A stretch of DNA of 63,967 bases, the filler included. It is 9 parts of 9 records of this genome, joined end to end, with 100 filler letters (N's around TTAATTAATTAA, not from the genome) between each part and the next. Parts side by side here need not be neighbours in the genome. Positions count along the whole stretch, not along the records: positions 1 to 5,690 come from SRR31156797_89970; positions 5,791 to 10,862 come from SRR31156797_89986; 7 more parts are not named here. One strand, written 5' to 3'. Each line of letters opens with the position of its first letter. The stretch's first letter is position 1. Positions 1 through 9,667 of this stretch are shown in pieces. The notes under the pieces were generated by a model. The model was not told the origin of the DNA and did not search any database. It saw only the letters and a list, made by a program, of their open reading frames with translations. A program made the translations under genes and the position numbers.

Positions 1-191
1 ACCGGCCACAACAATAATTGCAATATCAGACGCTATACCCATTTGTATTTAGACCTGAGATAAATTGATGATTACCTATACCCAATTTGAGATAAAAAAT
101 CCTAACCCTGGACCGCGAACGATCAATTTGACATAGTAATAAAATTTGAATTAGAAAGCCACTGGCTTTTAATCGAAAAGGTGGTGCCAAA

Positions 192-2936
192 TTGCAGGGA
201 ATTGTCTTTATCTATGAAGAAAGCCGTTCGATCAAAAACAGCGCGTTAACCGTGCGGATTGAAGAACGGCGGAAAAAGAAAAATACCTGGATGCCTGCGG
301 GCCCGCAAAAAGTGTATACGGCCCGGGACCTTCAACGCCCCGGACTTAAACTCCTGGACAAAACACTTTTTTCCATGGCCTTTAAATCTGAAACCGATTT
401 TAGACAAATGGAAGCACGGTTCTTTTCCCCGGATCAGGAGTATACCCTTTTTAGAATTTCACCATACGATCTTAAGGCCTTTCTTGACCGATGCAATGCC
501 AAAAATCTGTTGTGCAGCAAAGACGGGCGACTGCTTCGGTTTCAGTATGTTAAACAGATAATCCCAGAGATCGTATTCAAGGATTCGGGAAAGGCCTTTG
601 ATGCCTTTCTTGCCATAAACGGACATAAGACGCCTGCACCGTGCTATGAAACCGCATCGAATCCGGTTAGAATCGTATTCGGCACCCGGGTATATGAACT
701 GCCAAAAGGCTTGCCACTGCCGGTTATCAAAGACATGATCCGGGGAAAAACCATTTCCTATGATGAATTTGACGGAACTTTGGCTGAATTGAGCCGGTAT
801 GCCGGCAAGCTCTCCTTGAATATTCCGGGCAGGGGGAAAAAAGTAACCCACCATGCCTCTTTCACGCCGGTACTGGATTTTCACCCCGACTTAAAGTATG
901 CGAATCTGGGGTTTGAATATAAAGGCATCGGTTTGTTACCCATGACAGACACACGCCGGGTTTTGCTGAACCATGAAACCAATCTTGAACTGCACAGAAA
1001 TTTTGCTGGGGAACTAAAATACCGGGACATGCTTAAATGCCATGGTGCCGTCTTCACAAGCCATGCCCCCAAAGATTGTTTTATTCCAAAAGGAAAAAGG
1101 GACAACCTCCTTTATCATGTCCAAAAGCAGGGAGGCATTCTCAAGGTGTCGGGCCGCCGTCTGGTACTGGACATTAAGATGGCCTGGGATATCAAGGCAA
1201 GTCAGGAGGGAATCCTTGTGGGAGGCGCTGTCTGCTACCAGGGAAAACAAACCGGTATGGAAAATATCCTGGACGCCTCCCTTTGCGGAGAGCCCTGGTT
1301 TGATCTTCCCGGTGGGTTAAAAGGGTTTATCCCCCAGGGCCTGGCCCGGGATTTTGAACACCTTGAGCGTCGCGGGGACTTCAGGGATGAGGTGGTCCGG
1401 TTTGATACATATGACCTTTCCTTTATTGCCAAGTTTTTTGACAACAAGGAACGCGTGGTCCGGGATCAGGTTTTTAACCGGTATCTTGCTTTTCTGAAAA
1501 ACAGATGCGCCCCGGACCAGCCGGTAACTGTGCCCAAAACCTTGAAAACTGCACTGCGGCCCTATCAGAAGACCGGGTTTGCATGGCTTCAGGGGCTTGC
1601 CGGGTTTGGATTCTGCGGTATCCTTGCCGATGATATGGGCCTGGGCAAAACCGTGCAGGTCTTAACCTTTCTCCTGGATGTGAAAGAACAATCCGGGGGC
1701 AGACACAAAAGCCTGGTGATTGTTCCCAAAACCTTAATATGGAACTGGGAATCAGAGGCAAAACGGTTTGCCCCGGATTTAAGATTGCTGGTGTATGCAG
1801 GTGCGTCCCGGGATAAATTGCTGTCAGGTCTTTGTGCTGCAGATCTTGTGATCACATCCTATGGCCTGGTCCGGCAGGATGAAAAGTTCTTAACCCGGAC
1901 CTCATGGGACCTGGTTGTCCTGGACGAGGCCCAGGCCATAAAGAACCCCAAGGCACAGATATCCCGATCCGTAAAAGCGTTAAAAGCGGCAAACCGCTTG
2001 TCTTTAACCGGCACGCCCATTGAAAATCGGCCCCTTGACCTATGGAGCCAGTTTGATTTTCTCATGCCCGGTTTCCTGGGGGATAAGACGGTATTTCAAA
2101 CAACCTATGCCGACCAGGACCAGGACGCCTTGAACCGACTTAAAATTCTTACGGCCCCCTTTATCCTGAGAAGAATGAAAAAGCAGGTCTGCCAAGAGCT
2201 GCCACCCAAAACCGAAGTTACCCTTTACTGCGGATTCGGCAAAGAACAAGAAGCCTGCTACGATGAGATCCTTCATGTCGGGAAACGCAAGCTGACAGAG
2301 GGTCAGGAAACTCGGGATTCCCGGACAATGCAAATTTTAACCCTGCTTCTCAGGCTGAGACAGGCGGCCTGCCACCCGGCCCTGGTCACCGGATCAAATC
2401 CGGGGTCCGGGTTCCGGCCGGAGGAATCAAGCCAAAAATTTAAACTGGTCCTGGAAACCGCCCGGGAAATCATTGAAAGCGGTTATAAAATATTGATCTT
2501 TTCACAATTTGTGGCCCTTCTGGATCTGGTGGATCAGATGCTCGGAGCCCACGGCATGAAACGGTTTACCCTATATGGGCGCACAAAAAAACGGCAGGAT
2601 CAGATCCGGGAATTTAAACAAAGCCCAGATCCCTGTGCCTTTCTCATCTCACTGAAGGCCGGTGGCCTGGGGCTGAACCTGACCGAGGCCGGATACGTCT
2701 TTCTTCTGGACCCCTGGTGGAATCCGGCCGTGGAAAATCAGGCCGTGGACAGAAGCTACAGAATTGGTCAGGAAAATCCGGTAACAGTTTACCGGTTCAT
2801 CACCAGAAACTCAGTGGAGGAAAGTATCAGCCGTCTCCAGGCTAAAAAACAGGCCATGGGTAAAGCGGTTCTCGGGCAAAAGGGCCTTTCCGAAGCCTCG
2901 CTTTCCGAAAAAGAACTTTTGGGCTTGATTTATTAA
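192..2936 (+). CDS. SNF2/SWI2-family DEAD/DEAH-box helicase (bacterial)
   Basis: 914 aa ORF with LADDMGLGKT (Walker A), LDEAQAIKN, LTGTPIEN, LKAGGLGLNL and DPWWNPAVENQAVDRSYRIGQ motifs; TTG start uncertain. Confidence 0.93.
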   Translation: MQGIVFIYEESRSIKNSALTVRIEERRKKKNTWMPAGPQKVYTARDLQRPGLKLLDKTLFSMAFKSETDFRQMEARFFSPDQEYTLFRISPYDLKAFLDRCNAKNLLCSKDGRLLRFQYVKQIIPEIVFKDSGKAFDAFLAINGHKTPAPCYETASNPVRIVFGTRVYELPKGLPLPVIKDMIRGKTISYDEFDGTLAELSRYAGKLSLNIPGRGKKVTHHASFTPVLDFHPDLKYANLGFEYKGIGLLPMTDTRRVLLNHETNLELHRNFAGELKYRDMLKCHGAVFTSHAPKDCFIPKGKRDNLLYHVQKQGGILKVSGRRLVLDIKMAWDIKASQEGILVGGAVCYQGKQTGMENILDASLCGEPWFDLPGGLKGFIPQGLARDFEHLERRGDFRDEVVRFDTYDLSFIAKFFDNKERVVRDQVFNRYLAFLKNRCAPDQPVTVPKTLKTALRPYQKTGFAWLQGLAGFGFCGILADDMGLGKTVQVLTFLLDVKEQSGGRHKSLVIVPKTLIWNWESEAKRFAPDLRLLVYAGASRDKLLSGLCAADLVITSYGLVRQDEKFLTRTSWDLVVLDEAQAIKNPKAQISRSVKALKAANRLSLTGTPIENRPLDLWSQFDFLMPGFLGDKTVFQTTYADQDQDALNRLKILTAPFILRRMKKQVCQELPPKTEVTLYCGFGKEQEACYDEILHVGKRKLTEGQETRDSRTMQILTLLLRLRQAACHPALVTGSNPGSGFRPEESSQKFKLVLETAREIIESGYKILIFSQFVALLDLVDQMLGAHGMKRFTLYGRTKKRQDQIREFKQSPDPCAFLISLKAGGLGLNLTEAGYVFLLDPWWNPAVENQAVDRSYRIGQENPVTVYRFITRNSVEESISRLQAKKQAMGKAVLGQKGLSEASLSEKELLGLIY

Positions 2937-3195
2937 ATTCGGGCAGGCGGACTTTGTATTTGACTTTCTCCCTTAATTCGCCTGAAATCATATAACGTTC
3001 ACAGGGGCAATCGCAGGTGAAAATCAAAATTCGGTAGTTGAACTTCTCCTTTGCCTTCCAGGCAGCCGTCAGTTTAATCTCCAATAATTTTGATTTACCA
3101 GACTGTCAGAGAATCAATATATTACAGCGGCTCTCGGTGAAAAAACTGTAAATTTTCACAGAAAATAAGGAATTCTGGCAAGCAATATAATATTT

Positions 3196-3999
3196 TTAAA
3201 AATTTTCAAACAGGGTTTTCTCTCTAAATTTTTGAAATTCATAATTTGAATATATCAACTCATTTGCCTCCTTAGGACCTGACTGTGAAACCGTATATAA
3301 TAAGGATACCTCTTTGAAGTTAAAATCTTTGAATACTTCTCGGATATCTGGATGGTCGTTGATGGAAAGCATAAACTTGCCCTGGATATTTTTCAATACT
3401 GTTTCTAAGGCAATGAAATCATCTATAATAAAGTTGTGCTTATAGTCCGGGCAAAGATAATACGGCGGATCGCAGTAAAAAAAAGAATCCGGAGTGTCAT
3501 AGCGAAGGATCAGGTCTTTCCAGGACAGGTTTTCTATCCGGACATTTGCCAGTCGAAGGTGGATGTCAGACATCTCCTCTTCCAGGCGCAGGATATTTAT
3601 TCTGGGTGTGCGGCCGTCAATCTGGACGCCGTATGAACGGTTGCGGACACGGCCACCAAAGGCCAGGCGCTGGACATAGTAATACCGAGCCGCCTTTTGT
3701 ATGTCGGTCAGCCCTCGGCCCTCCAGTTGGTTTTTCCAGTCGTCAAACCATTCCCGTGATGTCAGCAGCCATTTGAACTGTTTCAAAAATTCTTCCAGGT
3801 GATTCTGGACTACTCTATAAAAGGATATCAGATCGCTGTCCAGGTCGTTTATCACTTCGACTTTTGACGGTTGTTTGGCAAAAAACACCCATGCGCCACC
3901 AGAAAAGGCTTCACAATATACCCTATGTTCCGGAATGAGAGAGGTGATTTGTTTCGATAGTTTAGATTTGCCGCCTATATACGCAAGAGGGCTTTTCAT
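3196..3999 (-). CDS. Prophage D12-class DNA adenine methyltransferase (Dam-like)
   Basis: SPLAYIGGKSKL, YCEAFSGG, INDLD and DPPY motifs; ATG at 3999 preceded by an AAAGGA SD (the ORF track extends to GTG 4059). Confidence 0.92.
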   Translation of the reverse strand: MKSPLAYIGGKSKLSKQITSLIPEHRVYCEAFSGGAWVFFAKQPSKVEVINDLDSDLISFYRVVQNHLEEFLKQFKWLLTSREWFDDWKNQLEGRGLTDIQKAARYYYVQRLAFGGRVRNRSYGVQIDGRTPRINILRLEEEMSDIHLRLANVRIENLSWKDLILRYDTPDSFFYCDPPYYLCPDYKHNFIIDDFIALETVLKNIQGKFMLSINDHPDIREVFKDFNFKEVSLLYTVSQSGPKEANELIYSNYEFQKFREKTLFENF

Positions 4000-4032
4000 G
4001 GACTTTTTTCCTTTCGCTTGATATACCCCTGA

Positions 4033-4135
4033 TGCTCGGTCCGAGCGGGGAGTCGTCACGCTGTGATGTCTGGTCTGGCAATCTCAGTCCATTCGCTCTG
4101 GAGGTGTTGGCGCACCTATCAGGGCGGCTCTTCTA
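4033..4135 (+). ncRNA. Candidate cis-antisense RNA to the methylase leader (SymR-like hairpin)
   Basis: Hairpins GCTCG-gtc-CGAGC (4034-4046) and CGCTCTGgAGGTG-ttggcg-CACCTatCAGGGCG (4094-4126); upstream TGGACT-17nt-TATACC with TG extension (3999-4027). Confidence 0.4.
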
Positions 4136-4202
4136 TAATAAAATTTTACACAAGATGTATAATGATTGTTATAAAGCCAGTCATGGCGGTGGATGTAGGT
4201 AT

Positions 4203-4508
4203 CTATCTCACATAAATCTTAAAGGTCCCCCAATTTATGCCAGACGTATTGTCTGGGTCATACACGATAACGTCTATTTTGCTTCGGCCTGTCGGGATGT
4301 CGGGTACAAAACCGAGAGAAAGCACAACCACACCACCGCCGGTTGAAAAATCAAACGCCTCAGGATTATCATCAGAGTTTATTGACCACTCTTCCCCTAT
4401 CAACTCCATTTTTGTTATGACCGACAGGTCAACTGCAACCCCGTCAGCCTTTAACAACAGGTCGTTTGTATTGTCCCGGTCTTTAAATACACACTCGACC
4501 ACTCTCAT
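4203..4508 (-). CDS. Phage virion protein, BppU/Ig-like
   Basis: 101 aa beta-rich ORF (AVDLS...GVVVLSL...DVIVYD) in tandem with tail genes. Confidence 0.55.
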   Translation of the reverse strand: MRVVECVFKDRDNTNDLLLKADGVAVDLSVITKMELIGEEWSINSDDNPEAFDFSTGGGVVVLSLGFVPDIPTGRSKIDVIVYDPDNTSGINWGTFKIYVR

Positions 4509-4510
4509 GA

Positions 4511-4900
4511 TTAGCTCGGATCAGAAATCGTAAGGACAATATCCCCGGCAGCAAATTCAACCGTATTCCCCGAAACAATTGGTTGCTGTTGAGCTACCGG
4601 CAAATCATCCGAAGCAATAAGATTTCCCCCGGTGCTGGCGTCATACAACCCCCAATGTGTGACATTGCTGGCAGACCATATATCTGTAGCTTGTGGGAAG
4701 GTTATTGCATTTGCATTTGACAGTGATCCAGCAGCGGCAGCGTTCCAGTCTGTGGTTGCCACAGATTTTCTTGCATAGTTTCCACCCGAGATCTCCACGC
4801 CGGCGCTGGCGGGGTCACCCACAAAAAAGGCCAAATACATAGTTGATCCCGTGACGTCATCGAGCCAGCCATTTTTTACTGATGTTGCAAAGATACCCAT
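4511..4900 (-). CDS. Phage tail/fibre-associated protein
   Basis: YLAFFVGDP..AGVEISGGNYARKSV...NANAITFPQAT..W..VTHWGLYDASTGGNL pattern typical of a widespread phage tail protein family. Confidence 0.8.
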   Translation of the reverse strand: MGIFATSVKNGWLDDVTGSTMYLAFFVGDPASAGVEISGGNYARKSVATTDWNAAAAGSLSNANAITFPQATDIWSASNVTHWGLYDASTGGNLIASDDLPVAQQQPIVSGNTVEFAAGDIVLTISDPS

Positions 4901-4911
4901 AGTGTTTTCCT

Positions 4912-5690
4912 TTATATTGAGTCTATTGTATATTGTGTCGTTAGCGATTCTATCGATGGATCTATGATAACCCCAAGGCCCTCGCCTATCCTTGACAGCT
5001 CACCCACCGCACTGGTAATTGCATCGGCATCACCAGATATAGACAATTTAGCAAATAACTCACCGCCCGCAGATGTTATCGCTTCGATAGTCCCGTAGAT
5101 GCCTTTTTCCACAGACATCACACCGGCCAGTCCGGGTTCAGCTGACACAGCACCGGTCAGGTACAATTTTTCCCCAACCTGTGTAATTGTTATTTGCCCG
5201 GCCGCACCGGCAATTGCCTCCGCGACACCGGACAATCGTTTTGTAGTAGCTGTCTGCCCGGCAATGCCGCTTGTTGCGAATATTGATCCGGATACACCTT
5301 TATTTACAAACAATTGTCCGGATGTGCCGGCCACAGAATCCACGCCGCCTGACAACCTTATGGTGCCCTGCAACAACAATTCACCCTGGACATCCGCAAT
5401 GCCCGATGATGCCCCGGATATTTTTTTACTGATAGAAATCAGGCCACCAGGGAAAGCCTCGGAGACAACCGTGCCTGAAACACGCTTAGACACGACCATA
5501 TGGCCAGCTGCATCTGCATCCCCGATTATGGCCCCATTAACATTTTTTAATACGGAAATTGCGCTGGTGGTTAATCCATCCGCAATGGCTACACCAGCAA
5601 TAGAATTTTCTTTTGAGATATCGGCGTTGGTATTGGCAATCCCGCTTACGCCCCCACTCAAGTTAATAGTGGATTGAGTTGCCCCAGCAG
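4912..5690 (-). CDS. Gly/Ala/Ser-rich repetitive phage fibre-like protein (5' truncated)
   Basis: Frame stays open to the contig end; about 20-aa repeats. Confidence 0.7.
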
Positions 5691-5790
5691 NNNNNNNNNN
5701 NNNNNNNNNNNNNNNNNNNNNNNNNNNNNNNNNNTTAATTAATTAANNNNNNNNNNNNNNNNNNNNNNNNNNNNNNNNNNNNNNNNNNNN
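5691..5790. other. Artificial contig spacer
   Basis: 44 N + TTAATTAATTAA (stops in all six frames) + 44 N; identical spacers at 10863-10962, 17732-17831, 24164-24263, 33734-33833, 44040-44139, 51453-51552 and 57301-57400. Confidence 0.99.
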
Positions 5791-7174
5791 CCAGGTTTTT
5801 TTCAGCGTCTTTATCTTCAGGATCGATTTCCAGGGCCCGGGTATAATTCTCAATCGCTCCGGGCAGGTCGCCCAACCTGAAACTGGCGTTGCCCAGGTTG
5901 TAAAGGGCTTTGCTCTTCAAAGCATTGTCTTCGGCCTCGGAAGCCATTTTATAGTGGTTGCGGGCCGCTTCAAAATCTTCAAGCCGGTAATAGGCGTTGC
6001 CTATGTTGTACATCAGTTCCTTGTTTTCCGGGTCTTCAATCTGGGCGTCCAAAAACGATTTCAAGGCTTTGTCATACTGCTCTGCCCGGTAGGACTCCTC
6101 CCCGGCTTCAATTTTGTCTCTGCTCCCCGCCGCAAGGGCTGTTTGCCAGGGCGTCAGCATGAAAACAAATATAATGGTCAGCACAATTCTTTTGGCGGAA
6201 GAAATAAGAAGATCCGCGACCAGGGCCGCAATTGCCGGGGCCAGCAGCCATTGGTAGCGATCGATGTATAACTTTTTCCGTCCCGCCTCCAGGGTCTGGT
6301 CTTCCATTTTGCCCTTGATCTCTTTCAGATAAATCGTCTCAAGGTCCATGTCCCCGGTGACGGATCGTACATACGCCCCTTTAGTCAAGGCGGCGATTTT
6401 CTGCAAAAGCTCTTCGTCAAGCCTGCTCATTATAATATTTCCGGAAGAATCCTTTTTAAACGATCCGTCATCGCCCGGAATGGGCGCCCCTTCTTCTGCG
6501 CCCATGCCTATACAAAAGATCCTGACGCCTTTTTCCGCGGCTTTTTTCGCGGCGCTGATTGGATTGCCGGTTGTGCTTTCGCCATCCGTGATTAATATGA
6601 TCGCTTTTTCCGTGTTGTCCTTTTCATCAAAAGCATTTAAAGCCGTTTCGATCGCGCCGGCGATGTCCGTCCCGCCAATGGGTAGATAATCCGGGCTCAA
6701 GGCGGTCAGAAAAAGACTGAACGCGCCGTAATCCACTGTCAGGGGGCACTGGAGAAACGACGTTCCTGAAAAAGCGGCCAGACCGATTTTATCCCCCTTG
6801 AGCATGCCCAAAAGATCGTGTATTTCCCTTTTGGCCCTTTCCAGGCGATCCGGTTTTATATCCGCGGCCAGCATACTCCTGGAACAGTCGACAGCCAGGA
6901 TTATACTCACGCCTTTCTGTCTGACTTCCTGCCACGAATAACCGTATTGCAGGCCCGATAGGGCAAAGGCCAAAAACAGAAGGGTGGTAATCACCAAACC
7001 GGCCTTGAGTTGGCGCCTGCCCGAGCTTGGATCCGGATTAATGCTTTCCATGGCCTTTCCGGCGGCATAACGTTTAAGTATGCCTTTTCTTTTGCAGCGG
7101 CCGTACAGGAATACGAGCAACGCCATGGGCGCCGCCCAGATAAGAAACAGCATTTCCATACGAGCAAAAGTCAT
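5791..7174 (-). CDS. batB: BatB-like vWA protein fused to TPR repeats (BatC-like); 3' truncated
   Basis: DCSRSM MIDAS, PDRLERAK, CPLTVDY, ITDGE; C-terminal YNIGNAYY/YNLGNASF TPRs; ATG 7174 overlaps the batA stop. Confidence 0.85.
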
Positions 7175-8169
7175 GGTGCTTTTAAAAACCTTGTGTTGAT
7201 AAGTAATACCCAAACGATCAGCAGCACAAAAGCCGGTAGTAAAAAATACGGGTAAAGATTGTTGTATTCGGCGAAACTCAACACTTCAACCTTGTTTTTT
7301 TCCAACTCGTTGATTGTATCGTATATCTTATTCAGCCCTTCGGAATCTTCGGCCCTGAAATAAAGCCCGCCGGTTTTGGCGGCTATTTTTTTTAGAGTAT
7401 CTTCATCTATATCCACCCGGCGGTGAATAATCCGCTTTCCGCCAAACGGACCGTCCACGATAAACGGCGCCCGACCGCGTCCGCCCACTCCGATAGTGTA
7501 TACTTTCACTCCCGCTTTTGTAACCAGTTCGGCCGCCGCTTCCGGGTGTATTTCCCCGGTATTGCTCCGGCCGTCGGTTAGCAATATTATGACATTGCTT
7601 TTGCTTTCCACGTCTCTTATGCGTTTTAAACTAATGCCCAACGCATCTCCAATGGCAGTCTGCTTGCCGGCCGAACCTATTTTTAAATTGTCAAGGCTGT
7701 GATTAATCGCCTCATAATCCCTGGTCAGCGGCGTTTGAGTATACGCGGCCGATCCAAACACAACCAACCCTATTCGGTCGCCGGTCCGGCCGGAAATAAA
7801 ATCCCGCACCACGCCCTTAACGGCTTCCAGTCTGTTGACGGACTTATTGTCAACTTTGAAATCCAGGGCGGCCATGCTTTCCGACACGTCGACCGCCAAG
7901 ACAATATTTATGCCTTCCGTCACTATCCTGATGTCCTTGACGCCCTTTTGAGGCCCGGCCATGGCCAGGATCATCAGAACCAGGGCGATTATCTTCAAAT
8001 ACGGCAGCATTCGGCTAATTTTTACCATTATCGGTTCCGGCAGGTCCAATCCTGTTCCCGTCAGGGCCATGCGCAAAGCCGGGGTGAGCTTTTTTCTCCC
8101 CTGGTAAATTATCAAACCGGCCGGGATAATCAGCAGAAATAGAAAATACGGCGAACTAAACCGGAGCAT
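7171..8169 (-). CDS. batA: BatA-like vWA membrane protein
   Basis: DVSESM MIDAS, DRIGLVVFG, TAIGDAL, LLTDG, KVYTIGVG; N- and C-terminal TM helices. Confidence 0.9.
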   Translation of the reverse strand: MLRFSSPYFLFLLIIPAGLIIYQGRKKLTPALRMALTGTGLDLPEPIMVKISRMLPYLKIIALVLMILAMAGPQKGVKDIRIVTEGINIVLAVDVSESMAALDFKVDNKSVNRLEAVKGVVRDFISGRTGDRIGLVVFGSAAYTQTPLTRDYEAINHSLDNLKIGSAGKQTAIGDALGISLKRIRDVESKSNVIILLTDGRSNTGEIHPEAAAELVTKAGVKVYTIGVGGRGRAPFIVDGPFGGKRIIHRRVDIDEDTLKKIAAKTGGLYFRAEDSEGLNKIYDTINELEKNKVEVLSFAEYNNLYPYFLLPAFVLLIVWVLLINTRFLKAP

Positions 8170-8773
8170 CTTCAGACTCCCTGCTGGTTTCAATTACGAG
8201 TTCCCGTATAATAACAAGGTCCTTTTTCATCTTTTCCGGCGCGGCCCCGAAACCGGCGAATTTAACAGGGTCGGCCTCCCTCGAAAGGTTTTTCACTCTT
8301 ATTATCAAATCCCGGTCAATCTCAAGTTCATCCAGCACGGGCGTCAGTTCTTCCGTAGTCATTTCCATGGCCTTTACGGCAAACCGCTTTTCGATATATG
8401 TCCTGAAAATCTCGGAAAGCCTGAAATAAAAAACCCTGGCTTGCAGGTTATCGGCGTTTTCAAGTTCATCCAGCCCCTTCAGGGCTGTTTTTTCAGGCGG
8501 AATGATTTCAGTAACCGGAGGCTTGTTTTTCAATTTCCTTAAATAAAGGAAAATCAGGACGGCCAGGATGATTAGAACTAATAACCCTGCACCATAATAA
8601 AGCCAGGTCCAGTCCGGGGGAAGTTCCAACAATGGTTTAATATCAAGGATGTCCGTCATTTCCTCAGGCGGCTGCTGGTCTTGGGCCCAGGCCGCCGAGG
8701 ATAATGTCGCTGCCGCACCGGCGTAAAATAAACGCCTTGCATGTTTCTTTATAGGGAATTGCCGGCTTTTCAT
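8156..8773 (-). CDS. Bat-operon single-TM hypothetical protein
   Basis: Signal-like N-terminus, DIKPL, TM helix, LSEIFRTYIEKRF..AMEMTTEE, AD.VKFA pattern; between DUF58 and batA. Confidence 0.75.
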   Translation of the reverse strand: MKSRQFPIKKHARRLFYAGAAATLSSAAWAQDQQPPEEMTDILDIKPLLELPPDWTWLYYGAGLLVLIILAVLIFLYLRKLKNKPPVTEIIPPEKTALKGLDELENADNLQARVFYFRLSEIFRTYIEKRFAVKAMEMTTEELTPVLDELEIDRDLIIRVKNLSREADPVKFAGFGAAPEKMKKDLVIIRELVIETSRESEDAPV

Positions 8774-9648
8774 TTTATCCGTCTCTCCCGGTAACGGAAA
8801 AATGTATAGAGAGCTTCCGCCGCATTGCTATCGGTCGATAAAGCAATCGAGTCGATTTTAGCCCGTTTTAATTCCTCAAGAGTATCTCTGTGCGCTTTCC
8901 GCCTGGCGTCAATATAGGTTCCCCTCATTCTTTTGTCGGAACAGTCAATGAAAAAACGGGCGCTCGTCTCCAGATCCTCCGCTTCGAGTATTCCGGCGTC
9001 CGGCAGAGTAAAATCCCCGGGATCCGAAACAACCGCCGCAATGCAATCATGCTTGCGATTGGCTCGTTTGAGGGACTCAATATACCCGGAGGACAGAAAA
9101 TCCGAAATTATGAAGGAAACGGTTCTCTTCCTGCTTACCTTGGCCAGGAAATCCGCTGAAGAACTTATATCGGTTCCCCTGTGCTCGGGAACAAAACTGA
9201 GTATTTCTTTTATGACCCTCCAGACATGCGAGGCGCCTTTTTGGGGCGGAATGTAACGCTCCACCCGGTCCGTAAAAAGTATGGCCCCTATTTTGTCATT
9301 ATTTCGAATGGCGTTAAAGGCGAGGATGGCCGCAATTTCACATGACGCCTCCCGTTTAAGGTTGTCCCCGGTTCCAAACAACCCGGATGCGCTCATGTCC
9401 ACCATCAGCATAATGATCAGTTCCCGCTCTTCCCTGTATAGTTTTACATAGGGGCGCCCCATCCTGGCCGTGACTTTCCAGTCAATGCTCTTTATCTCGT
9501 CGCCCGGAGTGTATTCCCGGACTTCTTCAAATTCAATGCCCGCCCCCCGGAAAGCGCTCCGATACTGGCCGGCCATTACCGTATCCACGGCCCGCCGCCC
9601 GGCGACATGAATTCTCTTTATTTTTTTTATCAACTCAGGAGTCAACAT
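8770..9648 (-). CDS. DUF58 family protein
   Basis: GIEFEEVREYTPGDEIKSIDWKVTAR, EERE, ISDF. Confidence 0.93.
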   Translation of the reverse strand: MLTPELIKKIKRIHVAGRRAVDTVMAGQYRSAFRGAGIEFEEVREYTPGDEIKSIDWKVTARMGRPYVKLYREERELIIMLMVDMSASGLFGTGDNLKREASCEIAAILAFNAIRNNDKIGAILFTDRVERYIPPQKGASHVWRVIKEILSFVPEHRGTDISSSADFLAKVSRKRTVSFIISDFLSSGYIESLKRANRKHDCIAAVVSDPGDFTLPDAGILEAEDLETSARFFIDCSDKRMRGTYIDARRKAHRDTLEELKRAKIDSIALSTDSNAAEALYTFFRYRERRIK

Positions 9649-9667
9649 GAAACTTGTCCGATTATTA

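Larger units (their letters stand above)
3196..5690 (-). mobile_element. End of a prophage (tail/fibre genes followed by an orphan adenine methylase); truncated by contig end
   Basis: Co-oriented phage-type structural ORFs followed by a D12 methylase, convergent on the host SNF2 gene; lower GC than SNF2. Confidence 0.7.

Noticed and set aside
192-3999. SNF2 helicase plus methylase as a defence (BREX/DISARM/RM-like) system
   Set aside because: The genes are convergent, the methylase belongs with the phage tail genes, and there is no nuclease or other defence component.
5735-5746. TTAATTAATTAA palindrome recurring eight times
   Set aside because: It is always centred in N-runs, so it is an artificial all-frame-stop linker.
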